Origin: a virus
Taxonomy: Duplodnaviria; Caudoviricetes
Direction: 5' to 3' (one strand)
Length of the DNA stretch: 61,607 bases
IMG/VR virus record: IMGVR_UViG_3300008448_000080
Span: 1-61,607 of that record
The notes under the pieces were generated by a model, which searched no databases, had not been told where the DNA came from, and was given only the letters and a program-made list of their open reading frames with translations. The position numbers and the translations under genes are program-made. Within the stretch, counting starts at the first letter, position 1. Each line of letters begins with the position of its first letter. Shown piece after piece: positions 44,255-53,121 of this stretch.

Positions 44255-44689
44255 TTAGTCCCCAACTACCCTTCCAAACTGGACAACTTGCGCTGCCTCC
44301 ATAACCGCTTGCTCAACAAAGTTGGCCGGGGCTTGGGCGGAGTAACCGTCATTCAACCGCTGGATGTAGGGCAAATTGTTTGTGATGTGTATAGATTCAC
44401 CGCTATTGTACCCTGAGATGACATTTTCTCCTTGGTCAATCGCGGCTTGCGTGTTCGCCCCGGCGGTGCTTCCGGCTTCTCCGGGGGCGTAAGCATCAAC
44501 CACCCCGCTGTTCGGGGAGTTGATTTGTACAATCCAATTAGAACGGGCACGCCCAGTATCCACCGGGGTGCCCGTCACTACGGCTTGGTCAGCGGCAAGC
44601 GCCACCTTGCGCACAAGTCGGTCCGTATTCTCCGCCACGGCCCGTCCCCGGACTGTGATGCGGCGGCTGAAATCATTTAGACTGGGCAC
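44255..44689 (-). CDS. Tail completion/neck protein (HK97 gp10-like)
   Basis: TPVDTGRARSNW and NNLPYIQRLNDGYS.QAP motifs; GTG start. Confidence 0.85.
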   Translation of the reverse strand: MPSLNDFSRRITVRGRAVAENTDRLVRKVALAADQAVVTGTPVDTGRARSNWIVQINSPNSGVVDAYAPGEAGSTAGANTQAAIDQGENVISGYNSGESIHITNNLPYIQRLNDGYSAQAPANFVEQAVMEAAQVVQFGRVVGD

Positions 44690-45011
44690 GGGCGGCGCTC
44701 CATTCAAGGTACTTGTGATCAAGGAGCTGAACAAAGTACAAAAAGTCCTCCCTCAGCTCCCCGTCCACTCCGTTGATCTCACAATACTCCAGCATTGCCA
44801 TCATCGGAATAGGACCCAAACCCATGCCCACAGACCTACATGACGTCAGCTCCAAGAATCCGATGTAAAACAGCTCCAGTCCAAGGTACAACTCCGGGGC
44901 GTTTTGAATACGGTCCGGGATTTTCTGCCCGAACCGCATGCACTGCTCAATGATCTTCCGTTCTACTGGGCCTTGTTCCCAGCCGTAGCGGAGGACCTCC
45001 CAGAGTTTCCC
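44673..45011 (-). CDS. Tail assembly chaperone GT extension (-1 frameshift product)
   Basis: Open -1 frame KLWEVLRYGWEQ... starts at slippery heptamer G GGA AAC (45005-45011). Confidence 0.8.
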   Translation of the reverse strand, partial: GKLWEVLRYGWEQGPVERKIIEQCMRFGQKIPDRIQNAPELYLGLELFYIGFLELTSCRSVGMGLGPIPMMAMLEYCEINGVDGELREDFLYFVQLLDHKYLEWSAARAQSK

Positions 45012-45421
45012 AAGTCCGCCTCCCGCACTTCTTCCCGGAACAGGGCCACGTTGGCGGCTTGTTCGCGGAGGTCGTTGAACAGGTCCGGCAAGTCCTCGAA
45101 CACCTGCAGCACGTTCTCCTTCTTGAACTCCAGCGGCTTGCCGTCCGGGCCTTCCACGTTGATCCAATCCAGCACCACCGTTTCCGCGAACACTTCCTTG
45201 TACAGGCGGTCAGCGGTCGTGTTCTCCATCATGCCGGTCTGGATGGCCTTGCGGTAGGGGCGGGTGGCCTTCTCCAGGGCCTTCGAGAAGGCGGTGTTTT
45301 TGCCACCAGATCGTGCGATCTTGATGCGAATGGGTTGGCCCGCGTCCGTCTGGCCATACTCCAGCCACACGCCATCGGTTTCCAGGGCTTCGTTCGTCTT
45401 GAATTGTTTGTACAGGCTCAT
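44963..45421 (-). CDS. Tail assembly chaperone G
   Basis: Follows the tail tube gene; contains slippery site near its 3' end. Confidence 0.85.
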   Translation of the reverse strand: MSLYKQFKTNEALETDGVWLEYGQTDAGQPIRIKIARSGGKNTAFSKALEKATRPYRKAIQTGMMENTTADRLYKEVFAETVVLDWINVEGPDGKPLEFKKENVLQVFEDLPDLFNDLREQAANVALFREEVREADLGNSGRSSATAGNKAQ

Positions 45422-45478
45422 TCTCTGTTTCTCCGGTAATGGGTAGGACGGGCGGAGCCGAAGCCCCGCCCACGCTGA

Positions 45479-47014
45479 TTATACGTCAGCAGCGTTCGGA
45501 AGGTAAGGGAATTCATTCAGCAACAGCGTGTAGCCAAACGAACTCTCAGCAGCTTCCACCGTCAAGGGCAGCGTGATCGGGCTGTCCTGCTCCACGCTCA
45601 GGCGTCCATCGCCCAAGGAGATGAGCGGAACGTCCAGCACCAGGCCCGCGTTCGCCTTCACCACTGCAAGGTCCAGGGCCACGTCCGAGTTGTTGCGGAC
45701 GGCTTGGACGGCGGCGATGTCCGCGAAGTAGGCGGTGATGTTGCCGCCCACCTCGAAGGTGCCCACCGATACGTCGAAGGCTCCGAGCACAGCAACCGCC
45801 TTGTCTGGGCTGACGTTGTTGTTGATCGTCACTTCGAGTTCGGTCATGAAGGCGAACAGCGGAGCGGGGTTGGTGTCCCCGGCGGTGACCAGGTGCAGCT
45901 TGATGCGGCTGAAGTCCGAGGAGGTATTGAATGCCGGGGCATCCACGTTCTCCGGACGGCCCCCGGCCTTCACTCCGGTCGTGCCGTCACGTTGTTCGTG
46001 ATCCACGGCCACGAAGGACAGATCAGCGGTGATCTTGTCGGCCTGCTTGATCGACAGGGCCAACTCGTTGGGCACAGCACCAATCAGGTACTCCGACATC
46101 ACGCCATTCGCATCACTGCCCAGGGTACGCTCCAGCTGATAGCTGCGGCGGGTGATCAGGGCGGGGTCCTTCTCGTTGCGCAGGACGTTGCCGAAGAACA
46201 ACTGGATGGTCTTGCCGGTGCCCGTCTCGTTCACCATCGTGGAGGCGGTCTTGTCAAATTCCAGGTAGGTCGCTGCGATGGCGCGGATGCGGGCAAAGCC
46301 GTTGTTGGCAGCGGTGGTGAACTTCGTTGCGGCTCCGTCACCCCCGATGAACACCCACTCACCCACGATCAGGCCCAAGGTCGTCAGGTCCTTCGTCCCG
46401 GAGACGCGAACCAGGCGCGGATAACTGGCAGTGGACACGTCGATGTTGAACTCAGCGGAACCGAGTTGCACACCAACCTTCTGAACCTTCGCGGCAGCGG
46501 TCGGAGTCTCATCCACCGAAGTCTGGGTCACCACCACGGTCGTGCCGGTGGAGCTGGCCACGTTCTTCAGACCGTTGTTGGCGGACTGCGAGAAGCCCGA
46601 CATCAGCGCAAGGTCCCCGGCCACGAACGAAGTGCCCAGCGTACCGGAGCCCAGCGTGTAGGTCTTGGTGCTGCCCACGATACCCGTGAAGGGGATGGCC
46701 GTGCCGTTCAGCGGGAGGTTGGTCACCTTCTCACGCATCGCGGCGAAGAAGAAGCCCTGCAGGAGGCGGGTCAGGTTGTTCTGAGTCAGGTCCTGAACGA
46801 AGCCCCCGGAGGCGTCCAGGTCCGTGATCACGCCCTTCTTGCGCTGGCGGGAGGCGTTGATGGGGTTGCGGGCCATCAACGTGGTCTGACCACCAAAATC
46901 CTTGTAGCTGTTGGGCTCCAGCGGATGCCAGACGGGGGAAGCGGGCAGGGTCTTGATCGCGGACTCCTCCGCGAAGCGCAAGCCGGTTACATTCGAGTCA
47001 ATTTTGTTCGCCAT
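45479..47014 (-). CDS. Major tail (tube) protein
   Basis: LEPNSY.DFGG....ARNPIN.SRQRKKG..TDLDASGG motif; position. Confidence 0.87.
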   Translation of the reverse strand: MANKIDSNVTGLRFAEESAIKTLPASPVWHPLEPNSYKDFGGQTTLMARNPINASRQRKKGVITDLDASGGFVQDLTQNNLTRLLQGFFFAAMREKVTNLPLNGTAIPFTGIVGSTKTYTLGSGTLGTSFVAGDLALMSGFSQSANNGLKNVASSTGTTVVVTQTSVDETPTAAAKVQKVGVQLGSAEFNIDVSTASYPRLVRVSGTKDLTTLGLIVGEWVFIGGDGAATKFTTAANNGFARIRAIAATYLEFDKTASTMVNETGTGKTIQLFFGNVLRNEKDPALITRRSYQLERTLGSDANGVMSEYLIGAVPNELALSIKQADKITADLSFVAVDHEQRDGTTGVKAGGRPENVDAPAFNTSSDFSRIKLHLVTAGDTNPAPLFAFMTELEVTINNNVSPDKAVAVLGAFDVSVGTFEVGGNITAYFADIAAVQAVRNNSDVALDLAVVKANAGLVLDVPLISLGDGRLSVEQDSPITLPLTVEAAESSFGYTLLLNEFPYLPNAADV

Positions 47015-47046
47015 GATATTCTCCAGTTAAAGGGCGGTTGAGGTTC

Positions 47047-47499
47047 TCATCGAACCTCCTCATATTCAAACTCCACAACCAGGTTCATCTGGAACCACTC
47101 CGTGTCCGGTCCCACTTCCTGTAGGCGGGCGTTGCGGAACCAAATGCCACTGTTTGTGCTTCGCCCTTCAAAGGCGTCCCGGGCGATTATCCCGAGTTTT
47201 TCAGCAAGAAGCAAGCCACCTCCGTTCGAGAGGGGCGTGAATACTTGTACAGTGACCAATCCGGGACGGAGGAACCGGCGGTGGCCCACGGTCCCGAACG
47301 TGGCCTGCTTCGAGGTAGCGTGGCGCACGATGATGCGTGCCCAAGGCTTCGAGGCTTCCGGGGGCGTCTGTGAATCGACCCCGGGCCATTCCACGCGGAC
47401 GGGCGCTGAGTCGTTGAGCGCGGGCGTCTGGGCGGTCCAGTAGGCGTGAAACAGCCCAAGGATTTCGTCCCGGGCGCTGTCAAAGGTCGGAAGGCTCAT
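47047..47499 (-). CDS. Tail terminator protein
   Basis: 150 aa, G.V.VQVFTP...G pattern; precedes the tail tube gene. Confidence 0.75.
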   Translation of the reverse strand: MSLPTFDSARDEILGLFHAYWTAQTPALNDSAPVRVEWPGVDSQTPPEASKPWARIIVRHATSKQATFGTVGHRRFLRPGLVTVQVFTPLSNGGGLLLAEKLGIIARDAFEGRSTNSGIWFRNARLQEVGPDTEWFQMNLVVEFEYEEVR

Positions 47500-47864
47500 T
47501 GGCGCACCTGCAATTCATACATGATGGCTTGTCCGTTCGGGTTGAGCGGCTTGATCGTGACGATCTTCCACTGCTCCGTTCCCCGTAGCACAAGCCCGTC
47601 GATGTCCGGGGGAGCGGTCAGGCCGGAAGCGGGCATGAACACCCGTTGATCTCCGGCCCGGACGCTGTCCCCGTCCACGTACTTTTGTTCATAGTCAAGG
47701 AACACGGCCACGGGCGTCTGGTCCAGGGGGACGTTGCCCCCGGGCTTCCACGGCTTGTTCGGGTCCGTGCCTTCGACCGGCGTGAAGGTGCGCAACGTGA
47801 CGGTCTGTCCGTTCTTCGTGATCAGCTTCTTCGCCAGCGCAATAGCGGAGTCAAACCGTGCCAT
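47496..47864 (-). CDS. Head closure/head-tail joining protein
   Basis: Size and position; ends YELQVRQ. Confidence 0.72.
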   Translation of the reverse strand: MARFDSAIALAKKLITKNGQTVTLRTFTPVEGTDPNKPWKPGGNVPLDQTPVAVFLDYEQKYVDGDSVRAGDQRVFMPASGLTAPPDIDGLVLRGTEQWKIVTIKPLNPNGQAIMYELQVRQ

Positions 47865-47868
47865 GTCC

Positions 47869-48387
47869 TCAGCCCCTCAGAACGGTTCCGCCGGAGCGGG
47901 TCAGGCCAGCCTTGATCAGGCGTTGGTCCGCTGCCGGGTACTTGGGCATCACGAACACGGAACCACCCACGAAGGTGACGGACTCCGAGATGGGCCCAAC
48001 CGTCTCCGACTTCGAGGCAACAGCGGCTCCGGTGGCGTTCCGCTCCGGGTCCGGGTTCAGCACGGCGGAGAGGGCACGCAGGGCGTACTCTGCCGTGGCT
48101 TCCTCCACTTCTCCGGGCACTCCGTTGATCGGGTAGTCATCCCGGTCCCATGCGTCATAGCGGGGCCACTCCGTGGATTGATTGCGGCCTTGGAGGCGCT
48201 TGCCCACGAAGTTGAACCGCTGGTCCAGGTAGTCCGTGGCGCGGATAATCGCGGACTCAATCTGCGGGTCCGTAAAGGAGGCGAAGGCGTTGCCCCGGTC
48301 AGTGTGATAGGACTTGAACTCAGCCAGCGTGATGTAGGCGTTTGCCCCCACCACGGAGCCGTTCGCGTCCTGGATGGTCAAAGCCAT
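47869..48387 (-). CDS. Head-tail adaptor (DnaT-like annotation family)
   Basis: ANAYITLAEF..YH..RG, AIIRATDYLD, EWPR, VGPIS. Confidence 0.8.
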   Translation of the reverse strand: MALTIQDANGSVVGANAYITLAEFKSYHTDRGNAFASFTDPQIESAIIRATDYLDQRFNFVGKRLQGRNQSTEWPRYDAWDRDDYPINGVPGEVEEATAEYALRALSAVLNPDPERNATGAAVASKSETVGPISESVTFVGGSVFVMPKYPAADQRLIKAGLTRSGGTVLRG

Positions 48388-48593
48388 TACGGGTTCCCCT
48401 TCTTGCCATTCTGATTCAATAGACGGCCAACGATGATCGCCACGGCCAACCACTTCACCCAGCCTTCGGGCAAGTAGGTCTGGACGGCGGGCAGGTATTC
48501 ATATGCGAGGTCCAGGAGGGCCAGCGCGGCGGCAAGTTGGACGCTCATCCACTTCCAGGCGTCCTTCCAGTTGTCAACAAGCACTTGTTTCAT
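48387..48593 (-). CDS. Holin
   Basis: 68 aa, two hydrophobic segments, NWKDAWKWMSV, basic tail; adjacent to endolysin. Confidence 0.75.
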   Translation of the reverse strand: MKQVLVDNWKDAWKWMSVQLAAALALLDLAYEYLPAVQTYLPEGWVKWLAVAIIVGRLLNQNGKKGNP

Positions 48594-48976
48594 GCCGGAT
48601 ACTCCTTGTGGGGCAGTTGAAAGTGCGGACCGTCCTTGAACGTCCGCCAGTCTCCGCCCCATTCCAGCGGGACGCCCAACTCAGAGGCGGCTTGCTTCAT
48701 GGCGGCGGCAATCTTGTGGTACAGGGGCCAGTCCCAACGGACGGAGCCGGAGACGTATGCGCCCAAGTCCACGGCGTGCCCCGTCAGGTGACGGCTGTTC
48801 ATGGTCTGGGAGGCTCCCGCCTTCACCAGTTGTTCCTGGCGGGACTTCGAGCGGACGCCCTCCAGCACCGCGAAGTCCACGGTGGGGATCTCAATCGCCC
48901 GCTTCACGACACGCACCAGGTCCGGGTGCACTCCGCTCAGGCGGTCCAGGGACTTCTTGCTCAGGACGAACATCAT
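48590..48976 (-). CDS. Endolysin, M15 L-Ala-D-Glu peptidase
   Basis: EGVRS..RQ, SRHLTGHAVD, WGGDW..FKDGPHFQL. Confidence 0.93.
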   Translation of the reverse strand: MMFVLSKKSLDRLSGVHPDLVRVVKRAIEIPTVDFAVLEGVRSKSRQEQLVKAGASQTMNSRHLTGHAVDLGAYVSGSVRWDWPLYHKIAAAMKQAASELGVPLEWGGDWRTFKDGPHFQLPHKEYPA

Positions 48977-49503
48977 TCAGCTCCTTGGCTTCCGCAGAGC
49001 GTCACTGCGCTGCGGGCCCAGTCTTGGAGGGCTCCGAGTTTCCGGATGGCGCGGTCACCGTCAGCGGCGATGGACCAGAGAGCTGCTGCAGTCTCTGGCG
49101 CAAGTTCGGCTGTTCGGGTTCCATCAGCTCCGGCGGCGGGTCCTCCAGGTAAATCGGGTGCGGTTGTACCACAAGTGGTGACTTGGAGGCGCAACCGCTG
49201 ATTGCCAGCGCGAAGGTCAGCAACAGTGCGCGCATCCCGTTCCCGGGCTTCCGCGTTCGAGCGGGCGAACTCCGCCCGAAGGTCTGCGACACGTTGCTCA
49301 TGGGCCTTCTCCTGTTCACGGTTCTTCTCGTTCGATTCATTGAGCTGAGTCAGCAGCTGGTGCTCACGCTCCGCTGCTTTCCCTGCTGCTTTCCCCGTTC
49401 CGTGCATATAACCCCCCAGGGCCACCGCTGCGAGCAGCAGGACGCCCAGGAGAATCGTCAGCGCGTGACGCTGTAGCGTGCTCAGAACGGGTAGGGGGAA
49501 CAT
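48973..49503 (-). CDS. Rz: Inner-membrane spanin
   Basis: N-terminal TM helix, coiled coil, LRAGNQRLR, ALQDW. Confidence 0.85.
   Translation of the reverse strand: MFPLPVLSTLQRHALTILLGVLLLAAVALGGYMHGTGKAAGKAAEREHQLLTQLNESNEKNREQEKAHEQRVADLRAEFARSNAEARERDARTVADLRAGNQRLRLQVTTCGTTAPDLPGGPAAGADGTRTAELAPETAAALWSIAADGDRAIRKLGALQDWARSAVTLCGSQGAE
49002..49235 (-). CDS. Rz1: Outer-membrane spanin lipoprotein embedded in Rz
   Basis: MRALLLTFALAISG|C lipobox, Pro-rich, alternative frame inside Rz. Confidence 0.85.
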   Translation of the reverse strand: MRALLLTFALAISGCASKSPLVVQPHPIYLEDPPPELMEPEQPNLRQRLQQLSGPSPLTVTAPSGNSEPSKTGPAAQ

Positions 49504-49504
49504 T

Positions 49505-49669
49505 TCAGACTCCGCCCTTGTCGCTGCCCTTGATCGGAGCGGTCGGACCCTTGGGCGCGGGCTTGCGGGTTGCCCCGTTCACCACGTTCTTGTTCGAGGG
49601 ACCGGAGCGGGCGGACTTCGAGGCGGAAGTCATCTTGGCTGCGGTGGCGGCGGTAGTTCCTTGTTTCAT
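49505..49669 (-). CDS. Small basic low-complexity protein (MKQGTTAATAAKMTSASK..., 54 aa)
   Basis: AAGGAG SD; fills the gap exactly; below the ORF-track size cutoff. Confidence 0.6.
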   Translation of the reverse strand: MKQGTTAATAAKMTSASKSARSGPSNKNVVNGATRKPAPKGPTAPIKGSDKGGV

Positions 49670-49694
49670 GATCGGCTCCTTCAGAGTGGTTGGG

Positions 49695-49874
49695 TCATTT
49701 CTTCTTCGCAGCGGGCTTCTTGTTGGGCATTGCCCGCTTCAGAAGCCCTGATTTGGCGTCCGCCTTGTTGAACTCCTTGGCCACTTTGACCGGCACGCCA
49801 ACCTTCTTGGCGAACTTGGGGTCATGAGCGGCAGCAGCCATCAAGCGGGCCTGCTTCCCGGTCTTACTGGGCAT
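49695..49874 (-). CDS. Small Lys/Ala-rich protein (MPSKTGKQARLMAAAAHDPKFAKKVG...)
   Basis: AAGGAG SD before the ATG at 49874. Confidence 0.7.
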   Translation of the reverse strand: MPSKTGKQARLMAAAAHDPKFAKKVGVPVKVAKEFNKADAKSGLLKRAMPNKKPAAKKK

Positions 49875-50442
49875 TTGCGTTCTCCTTCGCCTTCTCCCGG
49901 GTCCAACCCGGGGCCACGGCTTCGACTTCGGCACGGGTGATGCCGGTCGAACCGTAGAGCTGGCCCACGGCGGTCATCGCGGGCTTGCCTTCGCGGGTCC
50001 AGTGGGAGTCCTGAACCGGGTCCAGGGACAGGACAGCCTTCTGGAGCTTCGTGTTCAGCTCCGGCGCTTGTCCGTCCCCTTGGGGTTCCAGTCCTCCGGC
50101 TTCGTTGCCGGTGTCACCTGGAGCTGCTGTGCCGAGGTCATCCTTGGGCTGCTCACCGGACGGAGCCCCTGCCCCTTCGGGCTGTAGGTCGCTGAGAACC
50201 GTTTGGGCCCCTGTCTCTTGAATATCACGCTGGCCATCGGTTTTCTCCTTGAGGGCTTCATGTCCTTCCGGGTAGGCTTCCCAGTTCCGCTCCAAGAAGC
50301 GGGCGTGGAGGGCCATCTGCTCAAACGGGGCAACGATCTGACACTTGCCGAGTTGGAAGCGGTAGGGCTGACTGCCCAAGTTGATCGTTTTCCCGGCCAG
50401 AGGACCCGTGAGGACAAAGGTGGTTTGGATGATGCTCGACAT
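49864..50442 (-). CDS. Hypothetical virion-associated protein
   Basis: 192-aa ORF in the head module; HWT..GKP domain. Confidence 0.7.
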   Translation of the reverse strand: MSSIIQTTFVLTGPLAGKTINLGSQPYRFQLGKCQIVAPFEQMALHARFLERNWEAYPEGHEALKEKTDGQRDIQETGAQTVLSDLQPEGAGAPSGEQPKDDLGTAAPGDTGNEAGGLEPQGDGQAPELNTKLQKAVLSLDPVQDSHWTREGKPAMTAVGQLYGSTGITRAEVEAVAPGWTREKAKENANAQ

Positions 50443-50466
50443 TTATGGCTCCAGTTCTGTTGAGGA

Positions 50467-51045
50467 TTAGGCTTGGATGACGGCGGCGCGGGAGACGGGC
50501 ACCACAGCGGCGTCAGCCGGGAGGATAACCGACAAGGCGTCACCGGAGGCCCCACCGTCAACAATCGTGCCCACCAAAGCAGCCACCGAGGACTTGCCCA
50601 GGGGAGGCGTGATGTACACTTCCACCTGCTTATCGCCCAAGGCATCGGCGGTTCCGGCGATGGTCAGGGTGTTCGAGGTCGTGTTGTAGGCGGCGTTGGC
50701 GATGAGCGGGAGGGCGTTCAGCGCGGTCGCAAGGGCGGCACCGATTTCGTCCATGGTGTTGGTCGTGGCGTCCGCAGTCACACTGGCGGTAGCGGGAGAC
50801 GTTCCGCCCGTTCCGAAGCCGGACAGGATGGTGACGTCAAACTTCCAACCAGCCCAATCAGAGGCGGCGGTGATTTCAGTGGCGGTCCCGTCCGTGGTCC
50901 AGGCAGCACCGTCACCATCGTACTTCGCGGCAGCAATCTGCTTCGCAGTGGTGGCATCGGCGGCAAACACAACTTGGGCGTCCACTCCGTTCGGGAGGGT
51001 ATGACCGGACTTGGTGCGGTCAAGGGTTACAAGGTAAGCGGGCAT
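50467..51045 (-). CDS. Virion structural protein (possible head decoration)
   Basis: Ala/Thr/Gly-rich ORF directly after the capsid gene. Confidence 0.7.
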   Translation of the reverse strand: MPAYLVTLDRTKSGHTLPNGVDAQVVFAADATTAKQIAAAKYDGDGAAWTTDGTATEITAASDWAGWKFDVTILSGFGTGGTSPATASVTADATTNTMDEIGAALATALNALPLIANAAYNTTSNTLTIAGTADALGDKQVEVYITPPLGKSSVAALVGTIVDGGASGDALSVILPADAAVVPVSRAAVIQA

Positions 51046-51076
51046 GATGAATTCTCCAGGATGTTGAGGCAACTAG

Positions 51077-51113
51077 CAAAAAGGGCGGACGGGCCTGTGT
51101 GACCTGTCCGCCC
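51077..51113 (-). terminator. Intrinsic terminator after the major capsid gene
   Basis: Minus strand AGGGCGGAC...GTCCGCCCT followed by TTTT. Confidence 0.75.
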
Positions 51114-51155
51114 TCCGGGTACGGCTCCCGCCCTCCGGAGGGAGGGCGTGCGGCA

Positions 51156-52088
51156 TCAGTTGGTGATACCGTCCGCAGCTGCCAGGCCCTTCTCGCTGAA
51201 CAGGGCCAGGCCGGAGTACCACTTGACGCGCCAGATGTGCTCGTCCTTGTCCTCCGCTTCACCCACGTCCACCACCTGGATACCGGCGGCGGTTGCAGCG
51301 GTCAGGCCCGCGATACCGTGAGTGCGCGAACCATCATCCAGCGTACCCGCGAAGATGGTGGTGCAGCCAGCGGTGCCGCCCTTGGTCTGGTTGACCGGGA
51401 TGTAGTCGTTGCGGAAGATCGGAGTTGCGCTGTAGGCGGGAACTTCCGCACCGCTGGGCAGCTCAACCACTTCGTTCACCGAGGCACCGCCCAGGGCACG
51501 CAGCAGGGCTTTGTAGCTGCGCAGGGTACGGGCGGGCATCGTGATGTAGTCCACCATGCCGTCCTTGTCGGTCACCAGGTCCATCAGCTCATCCAGGATG
51601 GCGAAGGACAAGGCGGAGCCGGTTGCACCCGTTGCGGCCTTCTGACCGGAAGCGCAGAGCTGGATCAGGCCTGCGATTTCGTTGTCAGCGCCAGAGCCGT
51701 TGATCAGCATGTCCTGGAACTTGCGGCCAGCGGACTTCGCCTTGGATGCAATCTGGACAGCGGTTTGGTCGTTGCCGTCACCGGAGCGGGTAGCCTGGAT
51801 CAGGCCATTCACTTCGGCATCACCCATGATCGTGGTCAGGTTCGAGTTGACCTTGGTGAAGGTCGCAGCACCCTTACCAGCGCCAGCGCCAGAGAAGGTA
51901 GTGCCGACACCCGACACGATCACATCGCCCAGGGCGTTTTCGCGGTTGTATGCGAGGCTGTTGCCTTCGATGCCGTCGAAGGGGAGGACATCGAACATGC
52001 GGTTGACGGTGATGATGTTCTCGATCACACCGGCAACAAGTTCGTCTTGCGCCAGCTTGGCGCTTTCAGCTAGGGTAACAGAAGCCAT
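51156..52088 (-). CDS. Major capsid protein
   Basis: 310 aa, TLAESAKL...GVIE.I, RVKWYSGLALFS; follows the scaffold gene. Confidence 0.9.
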   Translation of the reverse strand: MASVTLAESAKLAQDELVAGVIENIITVNRMFDVLPFDGIEGNSLAYNRENALGDVIVSGVGTTFSGAGAGKGAATFTKVNSNLTTIMGDAEVNGLIQATRSGDGNDQTAVQIASKAKSAGRKFQDMLINGSGADNEIAGLIQLCASGQKAATGATGSALSFAILDELMDLVTDKDGMVDYITMPARTLRSYKALLRALGGASVNEVVELPSGAEVPAYSATPIFRNDYIPVNQTKGGTAGCTTIFAGTLDDGSRTHGIAGLTAATAAGIQVVDVGEAEDKDEHIWRVKWYSGLALFSEKGLAAADGITN

Positions 52089-52215
52089 GATGGTTCTCCA
52101 AAAAGGGTTGTTGATTCAGTAGGTTTTCAGCCTTGTCCCGCATCACGCGGAGTCCGCTGCGGCCCCGGAATCACTCCTGTTGGCCCTCGCATTGGCATTT
52201 CACCAAAGTGTTCGC

Positions 52216-52244
52216 AGTATAGCTCCATTTTGCTGAGAAGGGAA
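52216..52244 (-). promoter_or_regulatory. Candidate promoter TTCCCT-N17-TATACT upstream of the capsid gene
   Basis: Similar TTCCCT-N18-TAAACT at 29461-29490 upstream of the helicase gene. Confidence 0.45.
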
Positions 52245-52277
52245 GCCGGGGCGAATTGTACCCGACTTCCCGACATC

Positions 52278-53051
52278 TCAGCGTCCGCGTGCGCGGAACT
52301 GGCCCTTGTTCAGACCGGCAGCGATTTTCTCGTTGGCGGTCATCACCTTCCCGGGCGTGCGCGGGGGCGTCGAACCGGAGCGGGGCGGCATACCACCGCC
52401 AGCGGGCGCTTCGGACTCGAACAAGCGGCCAAACTTCTCATTGGCCTTCATCTCAGCCACCAGCTCCTTGATCGACATGGGACTGCCTGTGTGACCATAA
52501 CGGACTTCCCCGTTGGGGTCCATCACGTACACCTTGAATTGACCGTCCTCCTCAACAACCTTAACTTGGTTCTTGACAAAAGGCAGGAGGAGTTCCGGGA
52601 CGCCCTTCATTTCAGCCACGGCGGCGGTTGCCGAGTTCTCCACCAGCAGCCCATACAGTTGGTTCTGAAGGGCTTGACTGCGCTGAGTGTGTTTCTCGAT
52701 GTCTTTGGTGTGGGCCTGGGCCATAGCTGCTTTGACCCCTTCGATCTGCTTGGCCACATCGGCCCCGGGGGTGCCCTTAGCAGCTTCCAATTCAGCCAGT
52801 TTTGCTTCAAAGGCTTCCCGAATAGCTTTGGGGTGGTTGCCCCAGTCCGCAAGGGGGGTCAGGTCAATATGCTTGTTCTTGAGACCTTGTCGCATTTCCT
52901 TCAAATTGCGACTCAGGCCGGTGACGGCCTCAGCAACACCCTTGTAGGTTTCGTTGACGACAAACTTGCCATCTTCGCCTTGGGTGTACAGGCCCCGGAA
53001 TTGTTCGGGGACTTTGTCGATGCTTTCGACCGGAGTGAATTCAAATTCCAT
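52278..53051 (-). CDS. Capsid scaffolding protein
   Basis: Coiled coil, Gly/Pro-rich tail ending EKIAAGL; precedes the capsid gene. Confidence 0.8.
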   Translation of the reverse strand: MEFEFTPVESIDKVPEQFRGLYTQGEDGKFVVNETYKGVAEAVTGLSRNLKEMRQGLKNKHIDLTPLADWGNHPKAIREAFEAKLAELEAAKGTPGADVAKQIEGVKAAMAQAHTKDIEKHTQRSQALQNQLYGLLVENSATAAVAEMKGVPELLLPFVKNQVKVVEEDGQFKVYVMDPNGEVRYGHTGSPMSIKELVAEMKANEKFGRLFESEAPAGGGMPPRSGSTPPRTPGKVMTANEKIAAGLNKGQFRARGR

Positions 53052-53121
53052 GATGTATTTTCCTCGTGTGTCAGCGGTTCACCCGCCAGTGTTGTGCGTC
53101 ACGCACGGTCATATTGTACCG

